Source of the DNA: a virus
Taxonomy: Duplodnaviria; Heunggongvirae; Uroviricota; Caudoviricetes
DNA length: 64,000 nt
Strand: one strand, 5' to 3'
IMG/VR virus record: IMGVR_UViG_3300029288_000083
Coordinates: 30,130 to 94,129 of that record
In this document: piece after piece, positions 35,869 through 44,602 of the stretch
Layout of the letters: the number at the start of each line of letters is the position of its first letter
How positions within the stretch are numbered: position 1 is the stretch's first letter
Program-made: the position numbers and the translations under genes
Notes under the pieces: model-generated
The model's database searches: none
The model's input: the letters and a program-made list of their open reading frames with translations, nothing else
Told to the model about the DNA's origin: nothing

Positions 35869-35942
35869 TACCCCCACCAGGAATCGAACCTGAATTTAGA
35901 AATTAGAAGTTTCTCGTTCTATCCGTTGAACTACGGAGGCAT
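35869..35942 (-). tRNA. tRNA (anticodon loop also reads TCT, wobble-rich acceptor)
   Basis: T-arm ccagg/aatcgaa/cctga. Anticodon arm agaaa/ttagaag/tttct. Confidence 0.4.
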
Positions 35943-35950
35943 TTATTGTT

Positions 35951-36027
35951 GTGATCCAGGCGGGACTTGAACCCAGGACCCCGATATTAAAAGTATCGTG
36001 CTCTAAACCAACTGAGCTAGCGGACCG
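35951..36027 (-). tRNA. tRNA-like (tentative Lys-TTT, mismatched T-stem and acceptor)
   Basis: Anticodon arm cgata/cttttaa/tatcg in sense. D-arm gctcagttggtttagagc. Several stem mismatches. Confidence 0.4.
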
Positions 36028-36035
36028 TGAAAATG

Positions 36036-36108
36036 TGCAACCGGTGGGACTCGAACCCACAACCCACTGGTTAAAAGCCAGTTACATCTACCATTGAGCT
36101 ACGATTGC
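36036..36108 (-). tRNA. tRNA (tentative Lys-TTT)
   Basis: T-arm gtggg/actcgaa/cccac. Anticodon arm actgg/ttaaaag/ccagt. Confidence 0.6.
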
Positions 36109-36213
36109 AATTATTATTAAAAGCAACTCGTAGATTGTCACGTATCCGTAAGTTACTTATCAGTTATGTTTTTTGTGCTTCTTCATTTTATTTACTTTTT
36201 AATAATTTATATG

Positions 36214-36286
36214 TAGCGAGGACCAGCTTCGAACTGGTGACCTCAGGTTTATGACACCCGCGCTCTGCCAACTGAGCTACCTCGCC
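36214..36286 (-). tRNA. tRNA (CAU anticodon, Met-type)
   Basis: Sense GGCGAGG-TA-GCTCAGTTGGCAGAGC-…CGGGT/GTCATAA/ACCTG…-ACCAG/TTCGAAG/CTGGT-CCTCGCT. Confidence 0.65.
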
Positions 36287-36298
36287 ATTTATGTTTTG

Positions 36299-36371
36299 TT
36301 GCGGTGATGCGAATCGAACGCATATTGGCAAGTTTATGAGACTCGCTAGGGGACCAATACCCTACACCACG
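36299..36371 (-). tRNA. tRNA (CAU anticodon loop)
   Basis: T-arm atgcg/aatcgaa/cgcat. Anticodon arm caagt/ttatgag/actcg. Confidence 0.5.
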
Positions 36372-36385
36372 ATATGTTATTTTTG

Positions 36386-36477
36386 TAGCGAGTACAGGAT
36401 TCGAACCTGTGTATACCCTAATTAAGGGACTCCGTGCTTATGAGGCAGGTGAGATGACCTAACTTCTCCAACTCGCG
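36386..36477 (-). tRNA. tRNA, class II with a CUCAUAA-like anticodon loop (unusual)
   Basis: Perfect acceptor agcgagt/actcgcg. T-arm acagg/attcgaa/cctgt. Long variable stem-loop (tccc…ggga). Loop ttatgag. Confidence 0.45.
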
Positions 36478-36499
36478 ATATGTTTTCAATTTCAATTTG

Positions 36500-36633
36500 T
36501 TGCGAGGGCCGGACTCGAACCGACGACCACGAGATTAGGAGTCTATTTCGTATTTGTTGCTGTATGAAATCTTTAATCAGATTTCAGTTTTTTGAATACG
36601 TGCTCTACCAACTGAGCTACCTCGCAATATGTT
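36500..36633 (-). tRNA. tRNA gene interrupted by a ~60-nt insert (intron-like)
   Basis: Perfect acceptor ttgcgagg/cctcgcaa. T-arm gccggactcgaaccgac. D-arm gtgctctaccaactgagctacc (cf. tRNA 36214..36286). Internal hairpin 'gaaatctttaatcagatttc'. Confidence 0.5.
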
Positions 36634-36651
36634 TTTTCTTTAATAAACGGA

Positions 36652-36684
36652 CAAAAAAAGGTCCTGATTAAAAACCAGGACCTT
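36652..36684 (-). terminator. rho-independent terminator at the end of a tRNA cluster
   Basis: Stem ggtcctg/caggacc with A8 upstream on plus. Confidence 0.55.
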
Positions 36685-36852
36685 GAGAATATTCTTATTT
36701 AAACATTATCATACCTGGTTTGAGAAGATTATCATCTTTCTCATCATACGTTTTATTGTTCTACGTTTTATTGTTATGATTGTTTTCATTTTCGAAGATT
36801 GTTATGTTTTATTAGTTTAACTTTTTTTGTATTATCAGTATTATATATTCTT

Positions 36853-37263
36853 TTAAATAAAAGATTTTTTCACTAGTTCACTTGCAACTTTACCGTCGTA
36901 TTGACCTGTATAATTTGATGTTAAATACGACATTATTTTACCCATGTCTTTCATTGAACTATATGAATTATCTTTAATTTGTTTTTCGATAATTTTTTGT
37001 AATTCTGATTCGTTTAACATTTTCGGCAAATAACATTCAAGATATATATTTTCATCAGTTACATTACATTCAATATTTGATGATATTAACTTTTTGATAA
37101 TAACTTGCACTTCTGTATCTGAAACAATTGGTGATTCACGTTTTGGTTCTTTTGATTTTTTATCAACTTCAGAAAGTAATGTCGATAAAACATTTTTTTG
37201 AACAGAATTTCCTTGTTTCATTGCCGTCATACGGTCAGTTGCAATTGTTTCCTTGAGTGTCAT
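36853..37263 (-). CDS. GatB/YqeY domain protein
   Basis: Matches the YqeY pattern along its whole length: 'LKETIATDRMTAMKQGN…VLSTLLSEV…E…D.EV…I.K…CYLPKMLNESELQKIIEKQIKDN…SMKDMGKIMSYL…DGKVASELVKK'. Confidence 0.65.
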   Translation of the reverse strand: MTLKETIATDRMTAMKQGNSVQKNVLSTLLSEVDKKSKEPKRESPIVSDTEVQVIIKKLISSNIECNVTDENIYLECYLPKMLNESELQKIIEKQIKDNSYSSMKDMGKIMSYLTSNYTGQYDGKVASELVKKSFI

Positions 37264-37284
37264 TGTTTTTAATTTAATTGTTAT

Positions 37285-37318
37285 TTATATACAGAACTTT
37301 TTAATAGTTTCAATTTTA
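37285..37318 (-). promoter_or_regulatory. class-1 conserved intergenic motif (phage-specific promoter candidate), representative copy
   Basis: Plus 'ttatatacagaactttttaatagtttca'. On minus this reads TGAAACTATTAAAAAGTTCTGTATATAA. About 17 copies just upstream of minus-strand gene starts, including 3537-3565, 6820-6855, 8885-8935, 14350-14380, 14595-14635, 19560-19595, 19625-19660, 29610-29645, 30140-30170, 33905-33940, 34975-35010, 35085-35115, 42745-42785, 42835-42870 and 59835-59870. Confidence 0.45.
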
Positions 37319-37513
37319 TTAAATAAAATATCCAGGACTTAAAATTCTATTCCAATCAATTTCAACCCACATACATGCGGGTTCATCAATCTTCCCATAT
37401 CTTTTATACATTAGAACTCTTTCATTTAAACATCCTTTTCTATTGCAGTGATGTTTACATTTATTTTCAGTGTTCCAATCATGTCCTAATAAATTACATT
37501 TCCAATTTGACAT
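37319..37513 (-). CDS. hypothetical small Cys-rich protein
   Basis: Trimmed to the internal Met because the upstream part overlaps tRNA-like sequence. Confidence 0.25.
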   Translation of the reverse strand: MSNWKCNLLGHDWNTENKCKHHCNRKGCLNERVLMYKRYGKIDEPACMWVEIDWNRILSPGYFI

Positions 37514-37737
37514 AATTAAATATTTTAGCAGGGTGTGAGGGATTCGAACCCAATTCCATACGATGTACAAAATCTTTACCATCTACAGGCTTGGCCGCCT
37601 GTTGTTTTACGCTAGAAACAATGTTTCAGCCTTTCAGCATCTGTCGTCTTGCCTCATTTTAAACTAACTCCCTATATCGCGCGTTTTTCAGGCCGCGCCC
37701 CCTACATCATTTTTTCAAAAAGGTTGACATTCCTTTT

Positions 37738-37811
37738 GCACGCCTGCCAGGACTCGAACCTGGAACCTTCGGTTTTGGAGACCGCTGCCCCACCAATTGG
37801 GCCACAGACGT
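37738..37811 (-). tRNA. tRNA
   Basis: T-arm ccagg/actcgaa/cctgg. Acceptor acgcctg/cagacgt. Confidence 0.5.
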
Positions 37812-37942
37812 GTATTGCGAAATTTATTAGATTTCGTTACGTTCCTGCGCATGATTTGATTCAACAATAGTTTCATATAGAATGAAACTCATGGGAACAC
37901 CGCTCGATATTGAAAATAGAGCGTATGCGGCGCACATTTTTT

Positions 37943-38060
37943 ATTTGTAGTTACATCAGGAATCGAACCTGAAACTCTTCCGTGACAGGGAAATATTGGT
38001 TGCTGAATAGAATCTTTATGCAGATTCAATTTTTAAGCATGTTGCCATTACACCATGTAA
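37943..38060 (-). tRNA. tRNA (tentative Asp-GTC) interrupted by a ~45-nt insert between the D-arm and the anticodon arm
   Basis: Perfect acceptor gttacat/atgtaac. T-arm tcagg/aatcgaa/cctga. Anticodon arm cttcc/gtgacag/ggaaa. Insert hairpin 'gaatctttatgcagattc'. Confidence 0.5.
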
Positions 38061-38103
38061 CTAGCTCTCCCAGAAGGACTTGAACCTACGCCAAGGATTG
38101 CCG

Positions 38104-38766
38104 TTATTTTATTTCTTTATAATGTTCAATAAGTTTCATTTCAAATAATTCTTTACCTAATATAATTTGTAAATCTAATGGAAAATTTTGCCATTTTGCT
38201 CTATCTTTATCAGTAGGATATCCTTTTATTTCAATATACTTTTTTTCATCTATTAAATAAAAATCTGGTGTATAATGACGTTTCTTATTTTCAAAGTAAT
38301 ATTCAAATCGTTCAGTAGGTCTACGCCATTTAATGTTGTTTGCGTCAAGATATTTTGCGTACGCAACTTCCCAAGACCCATGAAACTTAATTCCATTATA
38401 TTCAATAATTCTAGAATGTGCAAATGATAAATGCCAAGTTCCATTTTTTACTTTAGTTAAAACTGATTCAGCAACAACTTTTGATATTGCTGCGATACGT
38501 TCGTCAGTTTCTTTTGTTAATCCTTCGCACCATGTTTTTATTCTGCCTTCTTTATGTGCAATAGAATATGAATTTCCATTATTCGCAACTCGTTCATCGG
38601 TTTCTTTTGTCTTTCCATTGTTCCATTGTTTTCTAGTTCCTTTTTTAAATCCTTCATTGGGGTCAAATTCTTTTCCATCGCCGTGAACGCGCCAAATATG
38701 CGTTCCTATACCATGTTTTGAATATTCTTTATTACAATGCGGACATTTAATTTTTTGGTTGTGCAT
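38104..38766 (-). CDS. zinc-finger nuclease-like protein (paralog A)
   Basis: N-terminal 'CPHCNKEY…GIGTHIWRVHGDG'. C-terminal 'HYTPDFYLIDEKKYIEIKGY' resembles PD-(D/E)xK. Paralog of 39350..40006. Confidence 0.4.
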   Translation of the reverse strand: MHNQKIKCPHCNKEYSKHGIGTHIWRVHGDGKEFDPNEGFKKGTRKQWNNGKTKETDERVANNGNSYSIAHKEGRIKTWCEGLTKETDERIAAISKVVAESVLTKVKNGTWHLSFAHSRIIEYNGIKFHGSWEVAYAKYLDANNIKWRRPTERFEYYFENKKRHYTPDFYLIDEKKYIEIKGYPTDKDRAKWQNFPLDLQIILGKELFEMKLIEHYKEIK

Positions 38767-38814
38767 ATGATTTTTATTTTATAATTTATATATTCATATG
38801 CTTTACCAAATTTG

Positions 38815-38885
38815 CTCTCTCACCTGGACTCGAACCAGAAACAAGGGATTAACAGTCCCACGTGATAACCATTTCACCATAAGAG
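38815..38885 (-). tRNA. tRNA (tentative Asn-GTT)
   Basis: T-arm cctgg/actcgaa/ccaga. Anticodon arm ggga/ttaacag/tccc. Confidence 0.5.
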
Positions 38886-38943
38886 AATATTGCAACGTTT
38901 AAACTTGAACGGGAATAACGTTGCTGAACATCTTTCCGTTTTG

Positions 38944-39017
38944 TAGGCTGCCTGGGAGTTGAACCCAGAACCTCTTGAGTATCAGTCAAGTGCTCTAACC
39001 AATTGAGCTAACAGCCT
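38944..39017 (-). tRNA. tRNA (tentative Ile-GAT)
   Basis: T-arm ctggg/agttgaa/cccag. Anticodon arm cttga/gtatcag/tcaag. Confidence 0.6.
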
Positions 39018-39022
39018 ATATG

Positions 39023-39096
39023 TTGTCGTGACTGGACTTGAACCAGTGACCCCGAACTTATCAGGTTCGTAATCTAACCAACTGATATACACGACA
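39023..39096 (-). tRNA. tRNA (anticodon loop also reads GAT)
   Basis: Perfect acceptor tgtcgtg/cacgaca. Anticodon arm cgaac/ttatcag/gttcg. Confidence 0.55.
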
Positions 39097-39106
39097 ATAA
39101 AATTTG

Positions 39107-39350
39107 CGGTCCTAAAAGGAGTCGAACCTTTCATCACCGGCCTCTGCCGGTATTTCCCTGGAAACTTCAGGACCAAGTCAGACGTGCTCACCGTTACACT
39201 ACCAGGCCATTACGCCCAGATTGGATTCGAACCAATACTTTCCGAGATTTTTGTTTGCAATTGCAAACTTGTGGAACGAGACGGATTTGAACCCACATCT
39301 CAGGCTTTTCAGTCCTGCGCGAACTGACCATCTGCGCTAACTTCCCAATT
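39107..39350 (-). other. cluster of irregular/degenerate tRNA-like sequences
   Basis: Two T-arm-like elements (aaagg/agtcgaa/ccttt, attgg/attcgaa/ccaat). A Phe-GAA-like element at ~39275-39347 with poor stems. A perfect palindrome gtttgcaattgcaaac. None folds cleanly by eye. Confidence 0.3.
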
Positions 39351-40006
39351 TATGTTATTAGCTTTTCGTATATTGCTAATTCCTTTTTTTGTATTATTTC
39401 AATATTCAGGTTATGTTGTTCCTGAACTTTAATCATTTTATTTTTATCATCACCCCACCAATATCCTTTTACTTCGAAATACTTATTTAATTTTGGGCTA
39501 TAAAAATCTGGTGTGTACATATGTGTTATACCGCTTTCATCTTCCCATTCATATGAATGCGTCGAATTTCCTACACCTATTTTTATCCATTCATTGTCAA
39601 TTAAATCGAGAACCTTTGCAAATCGAAGTTCCCATGTTCCTTGTACCTTTACTTTATCACCATTCGCTTTTTCATATTCGAACCATTTGCATTTCCCACC
39701 AGGATTATGCAAACTCATTCGTTCTGACGTTTTTTTACGTTGTTCAGCAGTGTGAGTTTTACCTAAAAATGATGGCGTTATTTCGCCATTTGCAATTTTT
39801 GCTGATAACGTTTTACCCATTTGTGCAACAGCATCGCTTGTTTCTTTTGATAAACCTTTATTCCAAATTTCTCTGGAACCATTAGCATAACCTATATTAG
39901 GATTATGATTTTGACCATCACCATGCATTCGCCATATATGTGTAGCAATTCCTTTATATGGAAATTCTTTACCACAATGGGGACATATTTTTGTTTCTTT
40001 TATCAT
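39350..40006 (-). CDS. zinc-finger nuclease-like protein (paralog B)
   Basis: 'CPHCGKEF…GIATHIWRMHGDG' and 'MYTPDFYSPKLNKYFEVKGYWW'. Confidence 0.4.
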   Translation of the reverse strand: MIKETKICPHCGKEFPYKGIATHIWRMHGDGQNHNPNIGYANGSREIWNKGLSKETSDAVAQMGKTLSAKIANGEITPSFLGKTHTAEQRKKTSERMSLHNPGGKCKWFEYEKANGDKVKVQGTWELRFAKVLDLIDNEWIKIGVGNSTHSYEWEDESGITHMYTPDFYSPKLNKYFEVKGYWWGDDKNKMIKVQEQHNLNIEIIQKKELAIYEKLIT

Positions 40007-40074
40007 TTGTTTTTATTTATATATTCAATGCATTACCAAAAAATATATAAAAGCACTAACGCACTACCAAATTG

Positions 40075-40147
40075 TGCGGATGACCGGACTCGAACCGATA
40101 TGGTGTGCTCTTCAGGCACATGCAATGACCATCTTTGCTACATCCGC
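40075..40147 (-). tRNA. tRNA (tentative Phe-GAA)
   Basis: Perfect acceptor gcggatg/catccgc. Anticodon arm tgtgc/tcttcag/gcaca. Confidence 0.6.
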
Positions 40148-40285
40148 AAATTACAGGTTGAACTTTTGTCAAAATGAAAATTTGAGTTTTTATTGTTTGC
40201 TGAACTCAACCTTTTATATTTTATCAATTGAAGACCCTCGTTAAAGGAAACAGTCCAATACAGAATTCTTCAATTAAATGCAATG

Positions 40286-40357
40286 TAGCCCGTGCGAGAA
40301 TCGAACTCGCCTTTCCAGGTTGAAAACCTGATGTCCTAACCGATAGACGAACGGGCC
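40286..40357 (-). tRNA. tRNA (tentative Glu-TTC)
   Basis: T-arm gcgag/aatcgaa/ctcgc. Anticodon arm ccagg/ttgaaaa/cctga. Confidence 0.55.
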
Positions 40358-40464
40358 GTGTATTATGTTCGTGGAAAATTTTCCATGATTTCTTCGTAAA
40401 TCTCAATTTCGTCTGTTGTAATTGTTGTTTCCATAACTTTATATTATTTTAACATTTAATTTAG

Positions 40465-40539
40465 TAGGAGATGAGGGATTCGAACCCCCCGACCCGCTGA
40501 ATGTAAATCAGCCGCTCTGTACCGCTGAGCTAATCTCCT
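40465..40539 (-). tRNA. tRNA (tentative Val-TAC)
   Basis: Perfect acceptor aggagat/atctcct. Anticodon arm gctga/atgtaaa/tcagc. Confidence 0.6.
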
Positions 40540-40647
40540 ATAATAACCGGACCGCGCACACCCATTCAATAAATTCAGCAGGAACCTTGTTTAATGAATG
40601 TCCTGATGGCAGCATTCGGTCACTAATTTTTATTCAATTTATTCAAT

Positions 40648-41295
40648 TTATTCAAATTTCATTTTTCTTCCTTTATTCCATCCTTCCGGAATTGATTCAT
40701 CTTTCTTTATTTTTTTGTTTTGTTTTAAAGAAATGTTATGAATCCACATAAAACCAAATTGCGAATTTTTTTCACCTGCGTGTTTCCCACACGCAGATAA
40801 TCTCATTTTTTCTTTTGTTTCTTCACTATGTTTAGTTCCAGTTTTATCTGGTACTTTTATTTTTCCTTCGTTATGTAATTTTACTATAGTATTACGCATT
40901 CTATTAGAACATTCTTTCATATATTCGGTATCAGTTTCCATTTTACGTTTATGAACCAATCCACCGGCAATTGAACGTATTCGTTGATTTTCAACAGAAA
41001 TAAATCCGCCTTCGCCGTCAGGTCGTAAATTCATACACATACAATCGGTTTGCCATAATGATGAAATTAATTCCTTTTCTCTAATCTTCAATGAACATCT
41101 ATCAGGAAGAAACTCTAAAATTTCCTTTTTAAAATTTTCAATGCCATGTTTGCGAATTGCATTCCATAAATATTTTCCTGAACCCATATATCCATCATCT
41201 AAGTTAAATGTAGAATGCATGCCTATATAGTATTTTTCATTTATAAGATTTGTTATCTTATAAATGTAATGAATCGTGTACTGTTTCCTTGGCAT
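40648..41295 (-). CDS. GIY-YIG homing endonuclease
   Basis: 'YIYKITNLINEKYYIGMHS' (GIY-YIG). C-terminal 'WIHNISLKQNKKIKKDESIPEGWNKGRKMKFE' is paralogous to 25229..25984. Confidence 0.7.
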   Translation of the reverse strand: MPRKQYTIHYIYKITNLINEKYYIGMHSTFNLDDGYMGSGKYLWNAIRKHGIENFKKEILEFLPDRCSLKIREKELISSLWQTDCMCMNLRPDGEGGFISVENQRIRSIAGGLVHKRKMETDTEYMKECSNRMRNTIVKLHNEGKIKVPDKTGTKHSEETKEKMRLSACGKHAGEKNSQFGFMWIHNISLKQNKKIKKDESIPEGWNKGRKMKFE

Positions 41296-41345
41296 ATAAA
41301 ATTAGTTTTATTTTATATATCAAAGTTGAGGTACATTTTTTACTT

Positions 41346-41417
41346 CGGTCATAACGAGATTCGAACTCGTGTCCCAGCATAGACAGTGCCGGAGGATAAC
41401 CCCTACTCCATATGACC
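41346..41417 (-). tRNA. tRNA (possibly Asp-GTC)
   Basis: Perfect acceptor ggtcata/tatgacc. T-arm acgag/attcgaa/ctcgt. Confidence 0.5.
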
Positions 41418-41428
41418 TTATTATTTGC

Positions 41429-41500
41429 GGTACCGACGGGATTTGAACCCGCGATCTTCGCCGTGACAGGGCGACAGGGACGGCCGCTCCCCTACGGTGG
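41429..41500 (-). tRNA. tRNA-like, degenerate acceptor (anticodon loop reads GTC)
   Basis: T-arm acggg/atttgaa/cccgc. Anticodon arm tcgcc/ctgtcac/ggcga in sense. Acceptor halves do not pair (GGTACC palindrome at the 3' side). Confidence 0.3.
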
Positions 41501-41684
41501 TAAATGTATAGAGATGCACTCTATAATATTCATCGAACATTTCAGCCGGGGCATTATGCCGGCGTCCAAATCTCAAAGAACATTTAATTTTTAGTTATTC
41601 CAATTTGTCAAAGAACATTTAAATAAATCGGCTGGAGCTATCCTCCGAGCATTTAACCATTACTGGCACCGATTTATAATTTGT

Positions 41685-41756
41685 CACCCATACGAGAATC
41701 GAACTCGTATTTACAGATTGAAGGTCTGTTGTCCTAACCGTTAGACGAATGGGTGG
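41685..41756 (-). tRNA. tRNA (tentative Glu-TTC, paralog of 40286..40357)
   Basis: Perfect acceptor cacccat/atgggtg. Anticodon arm acaga/ttgaagg/tctgt. Confidence 0.6.
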
Positions 41757-42528
41757 TTAGAAAGGCAACATTTTGTTTTTATTGAGACTTGCCTACCGAT
41801 AACTCAAATATATTTTTAAAAATTACTGTCCAATGATGGTTAATTGGATTCCACGCGTCGATTAGCGTTTCAATGAATTAGATTTTAACCGGTGTTAAAA
41901 ATCGAGATTGACTCTGCATTACTCAATTTGTCTTTGGTCATGACTCCTAAACAATTTGCTCCCTCAAATAAACCTTTATTCATTTCCCGTATTAATTTAC
42001 ATCCTTTAACTTGTTTAGTATCATCCACAATACTTGTACTTCAATTGTACTTTGGGGCTCGAACCCAAATTCAATCTTTTGTTTTAATCAGTTACATCAT
42101 CCACAAATGTTTATACCACGTTTTCATGAGTATGGTATATGGGGTATGATCCCATTTGCGCCTTTCAAACAATCAATTTTAGTCAAATTATCTCAATTAA
42201 TCAAAGCATTATAATTATGCTTCAGTAATTTTTTGATTTTGATTTATGCCTTAGCGATTAAGCCCGGATTTATCACCAAAATCATTTTTATTTTTCCAAT
42301 ATTTTAAAGAACTCGTTTTTAATATTTGTTTTATCAAATATGTATATACAAATATAAACCATTTAATAAGAAATAGCAAATTTTTATGAATTTATTTTGT
42401 ATTTTATTTGCATTTATTTTTTTATTTCAATATGTAAATGAACAATTAATTAAAATCAAATATACAACTTTTTAATGTAATAGCAATAGTTTTGTCATTT
42501 ATTTTCAAAATATTTTAGCCATATAAAA

Positions 42529-42565
42529 TAAAAAAATCCGGAAGATTTGCATCAACCGGATTCAT
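42529..42565 (-). terminator. rho-independent terminator-like hairpin
   Basis: aaaaaaatccgg…ccggattc. Confidence 0.4.
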
Positions 42566-42866
42566 TATTGTGAAAAAGAATTATTCATTTATACACATAA
42601 GAGTTTCGGTTGAAAAGATTGTTTCCAATCCTCAATAAAATTGGAATTAAATTCCACATTAATATTTCCGAAAAATGTTCTCATGACTGTTTGTTTAAAT
42701 GTTTTATTTTATTTTATATATCAAAGTAAAAATTTGAATTATTTAAAAATTATATACACAAGTTTTAAATAGTTTCATTTGTTTTAAAATTATTTGAAAA
42801 GTTTTATTTTTTATGTTTCAGTAATTAAAAACAATTTTAATATACACAAGTTTTAAATAGTTTCAA

Positions 42867-43460
42867 TTATTTATAAAGTTCTTTATCTAGCATGTATGAC
42901 AGAACTGGTAATGGCACTTGCGAAAGTACATCTTGATATTTTTTCAATTTGAAGAAGTCGCGTGCTTTTGTTGAAGAAGTTTCTTCAATTACGTTTGCTT
43001 TACCTAAATATATGTTAGGAGACTTTACATACCATTGTTTATCAATAACAGGCTGAATTCCTGTTCGCGATATCACAATAAATTTTGCATGTTCTTTTAG
43101 ATATGCGCTTTGGTAAAATGTATCGAAATTATTTGCAACATCTTGTCCCATGATAAAGTAAAAATCAATATCAGGATATTCAGATTTTAACGCTGCAAAT
43201 AAATCTCGTGTATAACCTGACAGCTGCATTCTTAATTCAATATCATTAACTATGATTCGAGGATCTTCATCGTTCAATGCAGCTTGAATCATTTCGATTC
43301 TATTTTCATAAGCTGTAAGATTTTTGCCTTGCTTATGCGTATTGCATGGAATAACCCAAATTTCATCGACATGGGTTTCTTTAAGAACATGATTTGCAAT
43401 AAAAATATGTCCACGTGTTATTGGGTCAAATGAACCTCCAAGTATTCCTACTGTTTTCAT
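42867..43460 (-). CDS. nadD: nicotinate/nicotinamide mononucleotide adenylyltransferase (NadD-like)
   Basis: 'VGILGGSFDPITRGHIFIANHV' (GxFxPxHxGH). Length 197 aa, typical of NadD. Confidence 0.7.
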   Translation of the reverse strand: MKTVGILGGSFDPITRGHIFIANHVLKETHVDEIWVIPCNTHKQGKNLTAYENRIEMIQAALNDEDPRIIVNDIELRMQLSGYTRDLFAALKSEYPDIDFYFIMGQDVANNFDTFYQSAYLKEHAKFIVISRTGIQPVIDKQWYVKSPNIYLGKANVIEETSSTKARDFFKLKKYQDVLSQVPLPVLSYMLDKELYK

Positions 43461-44127
43461 AATGTGAATTTTTAATTTGAAACAAATATAAACTATTTAA
43501 TAAGCAATAGCAACTAAAATGCTAATTATTTTTAACATTAAATGAACTTTTTATTTTACTGTAGTTGTCAATATAAAGTTTATTAAAGTTCATCTATAGA
43601 TATTCTAAAATCATTAGAAATACAATAGTATTCAGTTGTTTAAAAATAATTTTCAAAATTTGAAACTATTTCTAAAATGTGAATATAATAATTACTCAAT
43701 TTACGGAAAGGGTAATATAGAAAGATAGATACACTAAGGTAGTTCTAGGATTCTTTTAGCAATTCCATGTTATAAATCTATTAAATAGTAATTGTCTCAT
43801 TTGGAATTAAGTGATTCATCCAATTTATTAAACTATAAGGATTGTCTAGTGTTGTTGTATCAACATTCATTATCGCATTAAAATTACCTTTTTTAAACTG
43901 GTCATCTAATGTTTTTGACTTTTGCATTTTCTGTTATAATTAAAGAACCTCCTATATAATAAGTGTTAACATTAATGTAAATGTATTTTGCTTTATATCT
44001 AGTTCATTAAATTCTAATACTAGTGTACTTAATAAAATAGAAATAAGTATAATAGTTCCGATAACTCTTTTACAGGATATATCATTATCGGAACTAAACA
44101 TTGATTTTAAAAACTTCTTTATCATAT

Positions 44128-44586
44128 TTAATCAATTTTGCAAATTATTTCATACTTATGTTCAGTTGGTGTTCCTCCTGATTTAGCCCATTCAACTGTT
44201 ATTGGTCCGTAGCTTAAATCTGCTTGTGGTAATGGACTGATACCAAATATCGAAGTAACTCTTTGGATAATACCAGGTACCGCTGTAATAGGGCAACTAA
44301 TAGTTCTTAGAGTATTTGTGTAATCATAATATTTAACATCTATTGAAGTTGGGTATGTTACGTTAACACTTGAAGTACATTTAATAATTATATCTGAAAT
44401 ACCTCTATATCCAGTGCCTGCTGGTATAATTGTTTGAGAACCTGCAGCTACTCCATCTATAATGTTAATATATGTATCTTTCTTTAACGTATCTAATTTC
44501 GCACCATCTACTGAAACATCTCTGCCATCTACAGTTCCATCAACAGTAATATTACCAGCAACAACTAAATCTTTTAGTATTTTCAT
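44128..44586 (-). CDS. tail fibre-associated/structural protein
   Basis: In the structural block. Gly/Thr/Val-rich. Confidence 0.35.
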   Translation of the reverse strand: MKILKDLVVAGNITVDGTVDGRDVSVDGAKLDTLKKDTYINIIDGVAAGSQTIIPAGTGYRGISDIIIKCTSSVNVTYPTSIDVKYYDYTNTLRTISCPITAVPGIIQRVTSIFGISPLPQADLSYGPITVEWAKSGGTPTEHKYEIICKID

Positions 44587-44602
44587 TTAGAATTTATTTT
44601 TA

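Noticed and set aside
40590-40650. Short tandem repeat 'ttattcaat' x3 (possible CRISPR or iteron-like)
   Set aside because: Only three 9-nt units with no spacers. Lies at the 3' end of a GIY-YIG gene. No CRISPR-like repeat-spacer architecture anywhere in the window.
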